64,000 bases of DNA from an uncultured cyanobacterium (GTDB lineage Bacteria; Cyanobacteriota; Cyanobacteriia; Cyanobacteriales; CAWCAG01): NCBI GenBank assembly GCA_963803805.1, contig CAWDOD010000007.1, positions 211,717 through 275,716 on the forward strand, in the 5' to 3' direction. Shown here piece after piece: positions 41,943 through 50,954 of the stretch. Below the pieces are notes generated by a model. The model did no database searches. It was not told where the DNA came from and was given only the letters and a program-made list of their open reading frames with translations. Numbering within the stretch: position 1 is the first letter of the stretch; each line of letters starts with the position of its first letter. Position numbers and translations under genes: made by a program.

Positions 41943-42209
41943 ACAGATTTGGAGGTTTACTTTACCAGTGTTGATTTTCACTGCCCGATTTCTTTAATTT
42001 ATGAAGATGTTGTCTTTCCTCAAAATAGTCTAGAGGAATGATGCTAGAGCAATCCAATACAATTTAATCAATAAAAGATTACGGGCGATCGCAATAATAT
42101 TCAGCAGCACAACCCCACACAATTTGACCGAAAAACTTTGGTTTCAAGCCTCCCCTTTCCATTGATATAGTATAAGCTGAGACGCAAATTATACTAAGGA
42201 AACCTGGTA

Positions 42210-42572
42210 ATGTCTACTAAAATAGCTGCTATAGAAGGGGCTGATGGTGAAACTATTTATATTGAATATGATGAAGAAGATACTGAAGCTTTAGAAGCTG
42301 CTGACGATGGCGGATTACAAGCAGTTGGTTATATTGACGATATCAAAGAGCGCACAGAAAAGTTTAAAACAGTGTTGCAAAGCACAATTAAAGGTTACTC
42401 TACTATGGTGTTGAGTACTGTCAAAGAATCCATGCAAGATAAGCTTCAGCCTAGTAAAGTTAGTATGGAATTTGGTATTCAAGCTGGGGGAGAAACGGGG
42501 GTTCCTTTTGTTACGAAAGGCACAGCTCAAGCTAATATTAAGGTGACGATTGAGTGGGAAATTCAGAAGTAG
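42210..42572 (+). CDS. Trypsin-co-occurring adaptor (Trypco1 / CU044_2847-like)
   Basis: Small acidic protein ending in P.KVSMEFGIQAGGETGVPFVTKGTAQANIKVTIEW. Confidence 0.8.
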   Translation: MSTKIAAIEGADGETIYIEYDEEDTEALEAADDGGLQAVGYIDDIKERTEKFKTVLQSTIKGYSTMVLSTVKESMQDKLQPSKVSMEFGIQAGGETGVPFVTKGTAQANIKVTIEWEIQK

Positions 42573-42585
42573 GGAGATAGGGTTC

Positions 42586-43209
42586 TTATGCGATTGTACT
42601 AAGGCGTTTGAGAATTTTTAGGACGCTGTACAGTTCGTTGGTTTGGTTACTGAGAGAAAATTTATCTGCCAAGGAGTATTGGGGATTATTTGCCCTGACT
42701 AATTTGATAAAGCTGAAGTCAGCGCCGTTGGTAATCATGCCGAAGGTTGAGGTATTTTTATTCGGATCTGCCAACATATAGGTGAGGATTTGAGCAATAC
42801 CTTTCTCTAAGGAGAAATCTAATTGCTTTGATTCAATAACTGTCACCCAAAGGTTATTTTCCAAAACTAAAATATCAATCCTGCTATTAATTTTGACTCC
42901 TTCATCTTCGTCGCTTATTTCTATTGATTTTTCACACTTAATCTGAAAAGGAGAAAGGTAAAAACCAGCAACGAATAAAAGAGGGCTGATGATAGTTAAT
43001 TTGACCACATTTTCTAGGACAGGGGGATGGTCAACTAAATTAAAGTAGCTTTCTCTAATCCTGTCTAATTGCAGGGTTTCCATTTCCGTTAACTCTGGTA
43101 AATCTGTTTGCCATTCCCTGAAAAAATTGGGATCACGGACACGTTGTAAACCAAAGTTATCGATTAGGTATCTTAAATTAATTTGTTGTACTGGAGTTGA
43201 AATAACCAT
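42586..43209 (-). CDS. PD-(D/E)xK protein resembling the type I restriction HsdR N-terminal domain
   Basis: E..VK..IISPLL, RIDILVL...VIESK, AQILTYM, GMITNG. Confidence 0.8.
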   Translation of the reverse strand: MVISTPVQQINLRYLIDNFGLQRVRDPNFFREWQTDLPELTEMETLQLDRIRESYFNLVDHPPVLENVVKLTIISPLLFVAGFYLSPFQIKCEKSIEISDEDEGVKINSRIDILVLENNLWVTVIESKQLDFSLEKGIAQILTYMLADPNKNTSTFGMITNGADFSFIKLVRANNPQYSLADKFSLSNQTNELYSVLKILKRLSTIA

Positions 43210-43371
43210 GTGATTAAGTTTTGGGTGTTAAGTTCTGGATGATACCTCATAATTTGAATATAATCGATTTCTCAAACAGCAATATCTCCAACACAGCCGA
43301 AGGAGAATAGTATCATCTTAACCAGAAAATAGACGTAAATAAGTTACACACAGCCTATAATCTTTTAACAG

Positions 43372-46300
43372 ATGGTTATTCATACAATTGATAGGTTACG
43401 GAAATCCACAGTTAAAATTCTTCATCCTGGCAAAGAAAAAGTAGCAGGTTCAGGTTTTTTTATTCGTAATGATGGTTATTTGATTACTTGTCATCATGTC
43501 ATTTTTCATTTACCTGAATTAAAAGTAGAGTATCAAGGGCAAGAATACCAAGCCCAATGGTGTGCAGAATATTCTCGTCCAGAGGTTGATATTGCGGTGT
43601 TGAAAATTGCCGTGAAGGATGCCCCAGCCGTTAAGATTATTAATCCTTCCCAGTTAAACAAGCCTGTTACGGTTTATGGTTTTCCTGGTAAAAAAGAGAA
43701 AAACTTTCCCCAAGGTTTCGATTTTGTAGCTTCAAATATTGCCCCTAGTGCGCCCATTAATACCCTTTCCACTTTTCGAGATTGGAAAATCAAAACGGCT
43801 CATCCTTGGAATCAATTACCATCAGAAACTGCCTTTTTTCATTCCCACAGAATTAACGCCACTGTAGATCCAGGAACTAGCGGTGGTCAGGTTTTCGTTC
43901 CAGATTTAGGGGGAGTGGTAGGAGTTATTCAGTGTAGTAAAAGTGATGAAAGTTATGTGATTCGCTGGGATAATATTCTTGATATTCTTGATAAGTTAGG
44001 TTTAGAACCCCAGAAGCAAGCTGTTTATCAGTTTCTTGGGGAGATTGTAGAGATTGTAGAGCAATATCAATATCTAAAACTATTCCACACCCGAAATAGA
44101 ATAATTCTCAAAGAGCAGTATATCCCCATTCAAGTCACCTTAGAAAGAAGATATCGCCACGAGGTTGAAACTACTTGGGGTTATAGCGAGTCGGAAGCGG
44201 AGTTGAAAAAAGCCTACTCCCTAAAAGGAATGGTTGAGGAAACGAAGAAAACTCAAGTTAACTGGGCAGAAGCGAAAAAAAGCCATAAGAAAATAATGGT
44301 GTTGGCAGATCCGGGGATGGGTAAATCAACCTTGTTACGGCGAGAAGCGTTGGTTGTTGCCCAAGAGCAAAGGAAAAAGCTGGAAAATCAGGAAACAACT
44401 GTTTCGGAAGTGGTTTTTCCTCTGCTATTCCGGCTTTCAGAATTAGCAGCTAGGGAAGGAGAAATTTTTGATATTATCCTTCAACTTCTACAACGGGATT
44501 ATCGCTATACTTACCCTGCTGTTGCCCATCTCCTGGAAGATAAGTTAGCTAAGGGTGAATGTTTATTGCTGTTGGATGCCTTAGATGAAGTGCCGAAGGA
44601 GCAGCGTCTAGGACTGGCAGAAAAGTTAAACCGCTTCGCCAAGCATTATCCTTGTTCGATAATCTGCACTTCCCGCATTGTTGGTTATGGGGGCAGTCTT
44701 GTTACTGGGCAAAAGGATGTAGAAATTGTGCCTTTTAATCAGCAGCAAACGGAAGATTATATTGAGACTTGGTTTAAGAATGCCGCAGAACATTTAGAAG
44801 ATGATTCCGTTTCCGCTTCTGGGTTAATTGAGGAATTGCGCCAGAAACCCCAAATCAGTGGTTTGGCACAGAATCCTTTGCTGTTGTCTTTACTTTGCAG
44901 TCTTTATCAAGAAAAGGGGATTACTCTCCCGGCTAAACGTGGTCAGGTTTATGAAAAAGCCGTTGAGTATATGCTCAGTCAATGGCGCAAAGATAATCGG
45001 CGTTTGGGGGCTGAGTCTGGTTGGGTGGTGGCGAAGACGGAGTTGTTGGAGTTTTTAGCTTATCAGTTTAGTTGCCAGAGTCAAGAGGTTTTTGAGTTAC
45101 GGGAGTTGCGATCGCAGATTGAAGAGTTTTTGCGGGGGAATTGTGATAGTGATTTTCGTAATGTTACGGCTAGGGAGTTGATTAGGGAGTTGATTAGGGA
45201 GTTGACGGAGGAGGATGGCATTATTCAGCAGTTGGACAGGGAAGGGAAGAAGTATCTATTTTTGCATCGTACTTTTCAGGAGTATTTAACCGCAGCTTAT
45301 TTAAACCATTCCGATAACGGTCTTGTTTTAGCGAAGGAGCATTTTTGGGATTTTGATTGGCATGAGACTTTGACTTTGTTAGCGGGGTTGATGGATGATC
45401 CTTTGCCCTTGTTGCAGGCGATTATGGGGGAGAAGGATGATATTTTTCGGACTTTGTTGTTGTTGGCGGGGCGATGTGTTGCTGAGGGGAAAGAGGTTGA
45501 GGATGCTTTGGTTGAGAGGATTGTTGAGGATGTTTATCAGTTTTGGCTTGCTTACCCTGATGCTGAATTTATTAATTCTGTTGTGGTGAGTTTGGGTCAA
45601 GGTAACGGCCAGATGTTGAAGTGGTTACAAGTCGCCCTTGATGACTCTTATAGTAGTATTAGAAAGATAGCTGCCAAGGCTTTGGGGAAGATAGGGAATA
45701 CTCAAGCAGTAGAATTCCTAATTGCTGCTCTTGGTCACTCTGATAGTGATATTAGAAGTTATGCAACGGATAGCTTAAGCAAAATTGACGAAAAAATCTT
45801 AACTACTGCTCTTCGAGATGACGATAGTAAAGTTAGGAAAGGTGCAGTAGAGGCGTTAGAGAAAATTGGTAATGCAAAAGCAGTAAAAGCTTTGGTTTTT
45901 GCTCTTCGGGACGAAGATAGCGAAGTTAGAAGTAATGCAGTAGAGGCTTTAGGTAACATTGGTAATTACAAAGCAGTAAAAGCTTTGGTCTTTGCTCTTC
46001 GGGACTCTAGAAGTTTAGTTAGAAGTAATACAGCAGAGGCATTAGGTAAAATAGGCGATGCTCAAGCAGTAAAACCTTTAATTGCTGCCCTTCGTGACGC
46101 TGATAAATTGGTTAGAAGCCATGCAGCAGAGGCATTAGGTAAAATAGGTGATGCTCAAGCAGTAAAACCTCTAATTGCTGCCCTTTATGACCCTCATAAT
46201 GACCCTGACAATACCAATAAACAAGAGTCTATTTTAGAGTCGATTATCAAGATTGATCCTAGAAATAGTGCAGCAGTAGCATTGGGTATGATTGGTAGTT

Positions 46301-47607
46301 CTCAAGCAGAAGAAGTTTTAATTGCCGCCTTTCATAACTCTGGTATCAATATTGAATATGTGATAGAAGCTTTAAGAAAAATAGGTCATAATCGAGCAGT
46401 AGAAGCCTTAATTGCTGCTCTTGATGACCCTGATGAGGACATTAGATGTTACGCAGCAAGCGGTTTAAGCGAAATTACAAACGTCAAAGCAGTAAAAGCT
46501 TTGAAATCCGCTCTTCGTCACTCTAACAGTAATGTCAGAATGTGTGCAGTGGAAGCTCTAGGTAATATCTGTAATGCCCACCAAAATGATCAAGAAGTGG
46601 TAAAACCCCTAATCACTGCTCTTAATGATTCGGATAGTGAGGTTAAAGAGAGAGCGGCAAAGGTTTTGGGTAATATAGGCAATGCTCAAGCAGTAAAACC
46701 CTTAATTATTGCTCTTAATGATTCGGATAGTGAGGTTAGAAGGAAGGCAGCAGAGGCTTTGGGTAATATAGGCAATGCTCAAGCAGTAAAATCCTTAATT
46801 ATTGCTCTTGACGATCCTTATCGTTGGACTAGATGGAATGCAGCAAAAGCTTTAGCCAAAATTGGTAACACTCAAGCAGTAGACTCCTTAATTGTTGCTC
46901 TTGATAATTATGATAGTAATATTAGACAGTATGCTATAAAGCTGTTAAGCAAAATCGGTAGTGCTAAAGCAGTAGAAGCTCTAATCACCGCTTTGGATAG
47001 TTTTGATAGCGGGGTTAGAGGAACAGCAGCGGAGGCTTTAGGGAAAATCGGTAGCAGTCGAGCAGCAGAAGTTTTGATTGATGCTGTGGATGATCCTGAT
47101 AGCCAAGTTAGAAAGAGTGCTGTAGAGGCTTTAGGAAAAATTGGTCACAGCCGAGCAACAGAAGTTTTGATTGATGCTGTGGATGATCCTGATAGCCAAG
47201 TTAGAAAGAGTGCTGTAGAGGCTTTAGGAAAAATTGGTCACAGTCGAGCAGCAGAAGTTTTGATTGATGCTGTGGATGATCCTGATAGCCAAGTTAGAAA
47301 GAGTGCTGTAGAGGCTTTAGGAAAAATTGGTGATATAAAGACTTTGGAAAAGCTAATTGAACTTCCTCAAATCAATATTTATCATCCTCAAATTTTTTCT
47401 ATAGCTAGAACTTTGGCAGTTCGCTATAGCAGAGAAAAAGCCAATTTTATTCCAGTTTATCGTGAAGAAAAAGTTCGCCCTTCTCCTTTGATAGTGCGTA
47501 TCAAGCAATTCCTGAGAAAGTTAACCATTTTCTTATACCATTTTGCAAAAAAGGTATTATGCCAACTGTGGAGAAAAATCAAACAAGCAATCACCAGTAA
47601 GCATTAA
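43372..47607 (+). CDS. Trypsin-like protease - NACHT NTPase - HEAT repeat protein
   Basis: Protease triad TCHHV / DIAVL / PGTSGG. Walker A ADPGMGKS, Walker B LLLLDALDE, NPLLL, FLHRTFQEY, then many 31-aa VR..AAEALGKIG HEAT repeats. Confidence 0.92.
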   Translation: MVIHTIDRLRKSTVKILHPGKEKVAGSGFFIRNDGYLITCHHVIFHLPELKVEYQGQEYQAQWCAEYSRPEVDIAVLKIAVKDAPAVKIINPSQLNKPVTVYGFPGKKEKNFPQGFDFVASNIAPSAPINTLSTFRDWKIKTAHPWNQLPSETAFFHSHRINATVDPGTSGGQVFVPDLGGVVGVIQCSKSDESYVIRWDNILDILDKLGLEPQKQAVYQFLGEIVEIVEQYQYLKLFHTRNRIILKEQYIPIQVTLERRYRHEVETTWGYSESEAELKKAYSLKGMVEETKKTQVNWAEAKKSHKKIMVLADPGMGKSTLLRREALVVAQEQRKKLENQETTVSEVVFPLLFRLSELAAREGEIFDIILQLLQRDYRYTYPAVAHLLEDKLAKGECLLLLDALDEVPKEQRLGLAEKLNRFAKHYPCSIICTSRIVGYGGSLVTGQKDVEIVPFNQQQTEDYIETWFKNAAEHLEDDSVSASGLIEELRQKPQISGLAQNPLLLSLLCSLYQEKGITLPAKRGQVYEKAVEYMLSQWRKDNRRLGAESGWVVAKTELLEFLAYQFSCQSQEVFELRELRSQIEEFLRGNCDSDFRNVTARELIRELIRELTEEDGIIQQLDREGKKYLFLHRTFQEYLTAAYLNHSDNGLVLAKEHFWDFDWHETLTLLAGLMDDPLPLLQAIMGEKDDIFRTLLLLAGRCVAEGKEVEDALVERIVEDVYQFWLAYPDAEFINSVVVSLGQGNGQMLKWLQVALDDSYSSIRKIAAKALGKIGNTQAVEFLIAALGHSDSDIRSYATDSLSKIDEKILTTALRDDDSKVRKGAVEALEKIGNAKAVKALVFALRDEDSEVRSNAVEALGNIGNYKAVKALVFALRDSRSLVRSNTAEALGKIGDAQAVKPLIAALRDADKLVRSHAAEALGKIGDAQAVKPLIAALYDPHNDPDNTNKQESILESIIKIDPRNSAAVALGMIGSSQAEEVLIAAFHNSGINIEYVIEALRKIGHNRAVEALIAALDDPDEDIRCYAASGLSEITNVKAVKALKSALRHSNSNVRMCAVEALGNICNAHQNDQEVVKPLITALNDSDSEVKERAAKVLGNIGNAQAVKPLIIALNDSDSEVRRKAAEALGNIGNAQAVKSLIIALDDPYRWTRWNAAKALAKIGNTQAVDSLIVALDNYDSNIRQYAIKLLSKIGSAKAVEALITALDSFDSGVRGTAAEALGKIGSSRAAEVLIDAVDDPDSQVRKSAVEALGKIGHSRATEVLIDAVDDPDSQVRKSAVEALGKIGHSRAAEVLIDAVDDPDSQVRKSAVEALGKIGDIKTLEKLIELPQINIYHPQIFSIARTLAVRYSREKANFIPVYREEKVRPSPLIVRIKQFLRKLTIFLYHFAKKVLCQLWRKIKQAITSKH
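47059..47331 (+). repeat. Three near-identical 93-bp HEAT-coding repeats
   Basis: CGAGCAGCAGAAGTTTTGATTGATGCTGTGGATGATCCTGATAGCCAAGTTAGAAAGAGTGCTGTAGAGGCTTTAGGAAAAATTGGT... x3. Confidence 0.95.
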
Positions 47608-47625
47608 TTTGTTGTCTAAAAATAA

Positions 47626-47982
47626 CTAAAAATTAGTTTGACGGATGCGAACAGCAGTTTGACTAACAACAGTCAAAGCTTCTGGTAACTCATCTGTATG
47701 TTGCTCAATTACTTGAGAAACAATCTCTGCTTTTTGATTGGGAGATAAGCCGGGTAATCTAATCAATATAACTCCTGCCGTAACGCTTTTGAGGCGAAAT
47801 ACTAACTCACCAAAATCTTTATCTCCTGTTATTAAAGGAGCATCTTGTTCATTTGCTATGTAGAGTACAGTTTCATCGGAAATTCCTGGCTCCATTTCAG
47901 CCACAAACCAAACAGTATGTCCATCCTCACGAAGACGAGTAACAATAGGCTCATCGATATTTTCATCTGCTACGAAATTCAC
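47626..47982 (-). CDS. DUF5615 PIN-like toxin
   Basis: MNFVADENI, G.SDE.VL, LITGDKDFGEL. Overlaps the upstream DUF433 gene. Confidence 0.88.
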   Translation of the reverse strand: MNFVADENIDEPIVTRLREDGHTVWFVAEMEPGISDETVLYIANEQDAPLITGDKDFGELVFRLKSVTAGVILIRLPGLSPNQKAEIVSQVIEQHTDELPEALTVVSQTAVRIRQTNF

Positions 47983-48224
47983 GATGCTTGCTGAGGAAGA
48001 GGATAAATCGCTTCAGCCCTTAAAACATCCAAAGCAAAAGCCAAAGCCGCTAAAATTCCTTCGTGGGTTAAGCGAGGATGAGCCGCGAGAATTTGTTCTT
48101 TGCTTTCACCCGCAGCTAACTTTTCGAGGATTAATTCAACAGTAATGCGAGTTCCAGTAATAACAGGTTTACCCATCATCACATTAGGGTTAGAGGTAAT
48201 GAATTGTTTGGGTTGCTGTTCCAT
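47979..48224 (-). CDS. DUF433 antitoxin
   Basis: NPNVMMGKPVITGTRITVELIL..LAAG...ILAAHPRLT. Confidence 0.92.
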   Translation of the reverse strand: MEQQPKQFITSNPNVMMGKPVITGTRITVELILEKLAAGESKEQILAAHPRLTHEGILAALAFALDVLRAEAIYPLPQQAS

Positions 48225-48335
48225 AACTCAAAGTCAAACACTTACTCCCAAATCATATCCTTTTTCAGTCTTATATCTGTGGTAAGTTGTGGAATCGCTA
48301 TAGTTATTAGGATACACTCTTCAAAATAGCCCAAA

Positions 48336-49477
48336 AGACCTCTCCGGAAATAGCCAAAGTTATACAGTACAGTCTTTGAGATGGCAGTTGCCTTGACCCA
48401 AAGATAGCTCTATTCTACGGTTTAATAAGTATTTGAGAAAGCTACTACCCATAACTAACAAAAAGATAGCTCTAATTAGATAGTTATTTGCCAAGGGCAA
48501 GGGCAGATATATCTTCACTAAAACACAGAAGTACCAATTCTTAATCTCACTAACCCACAAATTGTCGTAACTACCTGCTCATATTTATGGGAATTTAATC
48601 TGAATCTTTCACTAGCTACTCTAAATATCTTAATTAATCTAATTAAATGTTCTACGAATATTCGCTCCTTAGCTAGCTCTTTATTTATTTGTTTTTCTTG
48701 AGCATTTAGTTGTTTTTTTCTCGGCTTTTTCAGAGGCGTTGTCGTTGATTTGTCTCCTTGATAAGCTTTATCTCCCCTAAATCTTTGCTGCTCACTAAAT
48801 TTTGTTTTCGTTTCCCTAAATATTTTGATATCACTTTTTGGACCCGGTAAACCCGCTTCAACATCGACGACCAGATTGACCTTTTGGTAAAACAATTACT
48901 TGAGTTTTTCTTGTGTGATTAGCTTTTTTACCTGAGTAATACTTTTTCTGCTCTTCATACTCTCCAGGTCTTTCGATGGGCTGCTCATAGCTATCTACAA
49001 TTAACTCGAACTCTGCTAACATCTCTTGGACTATTTCATAGTCACACTCGTTTTTTTTACCTGCTCATAGATACTTGCTGGTAATAATTCTCCTATTAGG
49101 GGACACCAATAGTTAAAAATATTATTGGCAGTTGTTTCACTGACACCAAACTGAATCCCTAGTAGCTGAAATGTCGTTAAGTGTCGTAAATATGTTAAGG
49201 TTAGGATTACTTGTTCTGGTGGAGATAGTTTCGCTTTTCTACCACCTCCAGAGCCAATAATTCTGACTTTTTGAGCTTCCGCTAGTTTTCGTTTTTGAGC
49301 CTCTAGTTCAATAGCCTTGGAGAGCAGTTTTTCTAACTGTTCATATTTTAAACCTACTAAACGCTGAGATTCTCTGGGATGTTGCTGGATATATTCGAGT
49401 ATTTTACTCATTATTTCTGGTTAAAAATTCTATTTTATCTTCTTTTATCATAGTTTGATTCTTTTTCGGAGATGTCT
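48336..49477 (-). mobile_element. IS5-family (ISL2-like) element; transposase in split frames
   Basis: TIRs AGACCTCTCCGGAAAT (48336) and rc AGACATCTCCGAAAAA (49477). HTH ORF 49031-49411, A8C slippery site at 49050-49058, middle frame with VDSYEQPIERP..QKKYYSGKK, second break near 48875, DDE C-part GDKAYQG...RIFVEHLI (ends 48518). Confidence 0.85.
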
Positions 49478-49570
49478 AATAGATAATATCAACGGGTCAT
49501 CGGTAATTGTCCACCCATCCTTAATTAAAGCATTTTTTACTTGATTGTGATAAATATCTTTAGCTGGCAT
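49478..49570 (-). pseudogene. xisH: xisH 5' fragment truncated at the IS end
   Basis: MPAKDIYHNQVKNALIKDGWTITDDPLILSI abuts the IS terminal repeat. Confidence 0.85.
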
Positions 49571-49579
49571 TGAGATTAT

Positions 49580-49933
49580 TTATTTTTCAAATATTTGATT
49601 GGCATAGGATTCCCCTGAAGCTACCCTTTCTTCTCGAAGTTGACGCAATCTTGCAGAAACTGGTGGAGGATTAAGTTTTTGCTCCTCTCGCATTTGATGT
49701 CCCCACTCTAGCCAGTCAGCGATGTAGTGAGTAATTTGTTCCTTGTTCTGGAGATAATAAAGAATCGTGGCGTAAGTTTGCTCTAAGTTTAGGGATGGAT
49801 AGGTTTTAGCAATTTCTTCGGGAGTGAGGCTACGATAAATATAGTCATACAGAATTGTTTCAATGCCAATCCGTGTACCTTTCAGACGAATATCATTAGG
49901 AGCAAGAAAAATAAAGTAGTTTTCTAGTTGCAT
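49580..49933 (-). CDS. DUF433 family protein (orphaned antitoxin)
   Basis: IRLKGTRIGIETIL...TPEEIAKTYPSLNLEQTYATILYY. Confidence 0.85.
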   Translation of the reverse strand: MQLENYFIFLAPNDIRLKGTRIGIETILYDYIYRSLTPEEIAKTYPSLNLEQTYATILYYLQNKEQITHYIADWLEWGHQMREEQKLNPPPVSARLRQLREERVASGESYANQIFEK

Positions 49934-49984
49934 TGTTGTATCATTATCGACTTATTAAATCAATCCCTTAAAATCATAACCTCT

Positions 49985-50226
49985 TTAGGCAACACCATAA
50001 CCCGTATAAGGACGTTTATAAGGTGGATGCAATCCAAGTACAATATCTTCTTTTGCAATACCCATTTCTATCAACTCTTCACCAACATCAACATCAGTCG
50101 CGTTGTGCTGAAGCTAGATTTTCCTTTCCTTAATATCGAAATGTAAAACAGTATAATAAACCCTTTCCAAACCCTTCCAACCAACTCGCATGAGTTGATA
50201 ATGTTCCCTAATGGGATCAAAAAGAG
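49985..50226 (-). pseudogene. xisI: xisI pseudogene (5'-truncated, internal stop)
   Basis: FDPIREHYQLMRVGW...HFDIKERKI*LQHNATDVDVGEELIEMGIAKEDIVLGLHPPYKRPYTGYGVA*. Confidence 0.85.
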
Positions 50227-50239
50227 GTAATAAGCGAGT

Positions 50240-50436
50240 CTGTTAGTCAATTACCATCTCAATGGACAGCAGCCTAACCTAATATTGAATGGAAGAAAAT
50301 CAAACAACTCCGTAATCGTTTAGCTCACGAATATTTAAGTATCAATTTTGATATAATCTGGGAAATTATCGAAAGAGATATTACTGAACTTGAAGAAACA
50401 ATTGAAGCAATAGCGCAAGAGTTTTGGGAGCTTTAA
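50240..50436 (+). pseudogene. HepT/DUF86 HEPN ribonuclease fragment
   Basis: SQLPSQWTAA*PNIEWKKIKQLRNRLAHEY..INFDIIWEII with the HEPN RxxxxH motif. 5' part missing. Confidence 0.82.
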
Positions 50437-50442
50437 CTTTAG

Positions 50443-50500
50443 TGCGTAGGCATAGTCTTGCGACAATGCTTACGCAAACGCGAAGCGGGTCGCCCCTACA
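50443..50500. repeat. REP-like hairpin plus GTAGGGGCG-type end
   Basis: TGCGTAGGCAT...ATGCTTACGCA followed by GCGGGTCGCCCCTACA. Confidence 0.55.
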
Positions 50501-50519
50501 TAATGATATTTCTTCCTAA

Positions 50520-50855
50520 TCAACCTACTGCAAACTCTGTATGATGCCTAATTTTCGGAGGATGAAAAGCTAAAACAATTCTCTCTTTCGCAATGCCACC
50601 TGCAACTAAATCATCAGCAATACCATCTTCTAAACCATCCCGATGTATCCAAACCTTATCGTCAATAATTTCTAAATGAACCACACAACCATGAACTTTC
50701 ACATCCTTGCGCCAACCTATGGTCATTAACAAATAATCCCTGTGGTCATCACTAATAACCAATTTATGTTTTAAATTTTTATCGTAATAAGGAAGGTCTG
50801 CATACTCTTTAATAATCGGATAAATAGTATCATAAAGTTCTTTTAACTTATCCAT
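50520..50855 (-). CDS. xisI: XisI family protein
   Basis: DYLLMTIGW...HGCVVHLEIIDDKVWIHRDGLEDGIADDLVAGGIAKERIVLAFHPP. Confidence 0.92.
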   Translation of the reverse strand: MDKLKELYDTIYPIIKEYADLPYYDKNLKHKLVISDDHRDYLLMTIGWRKDVKVHGCVVHLEIIDDKVWIHRDGLEDGIADDLVAGGIAKERIVLAFHPPKIRHHTEFAVG

Positions 50856-50900
50856 TGTAAAATAGTCTCCTGTTTAGCATCAAAAACTATTAAATTTATA
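50843..50900 (-). pseudogene. xisH: xisH 3' fragment
   Basis: INLIVFDAKQETILQWIS* overlaps the xisI start, as in intact xisHI pairs. Confidence 0.75.
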
Positions 50901-50954
50901 ATCTTTCTTTTTAAAAAAAAACTTTATTCAGGAGTATAATTGCGATAAATATTA

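Noticed and set aside
49478-50900. xisH/xisI as evidence of an fdxN excision element
   Set aside because: No xisF serine recombinase or interrupted nif gene; xisHI copies are commonly dispersed in cyanobacteria.
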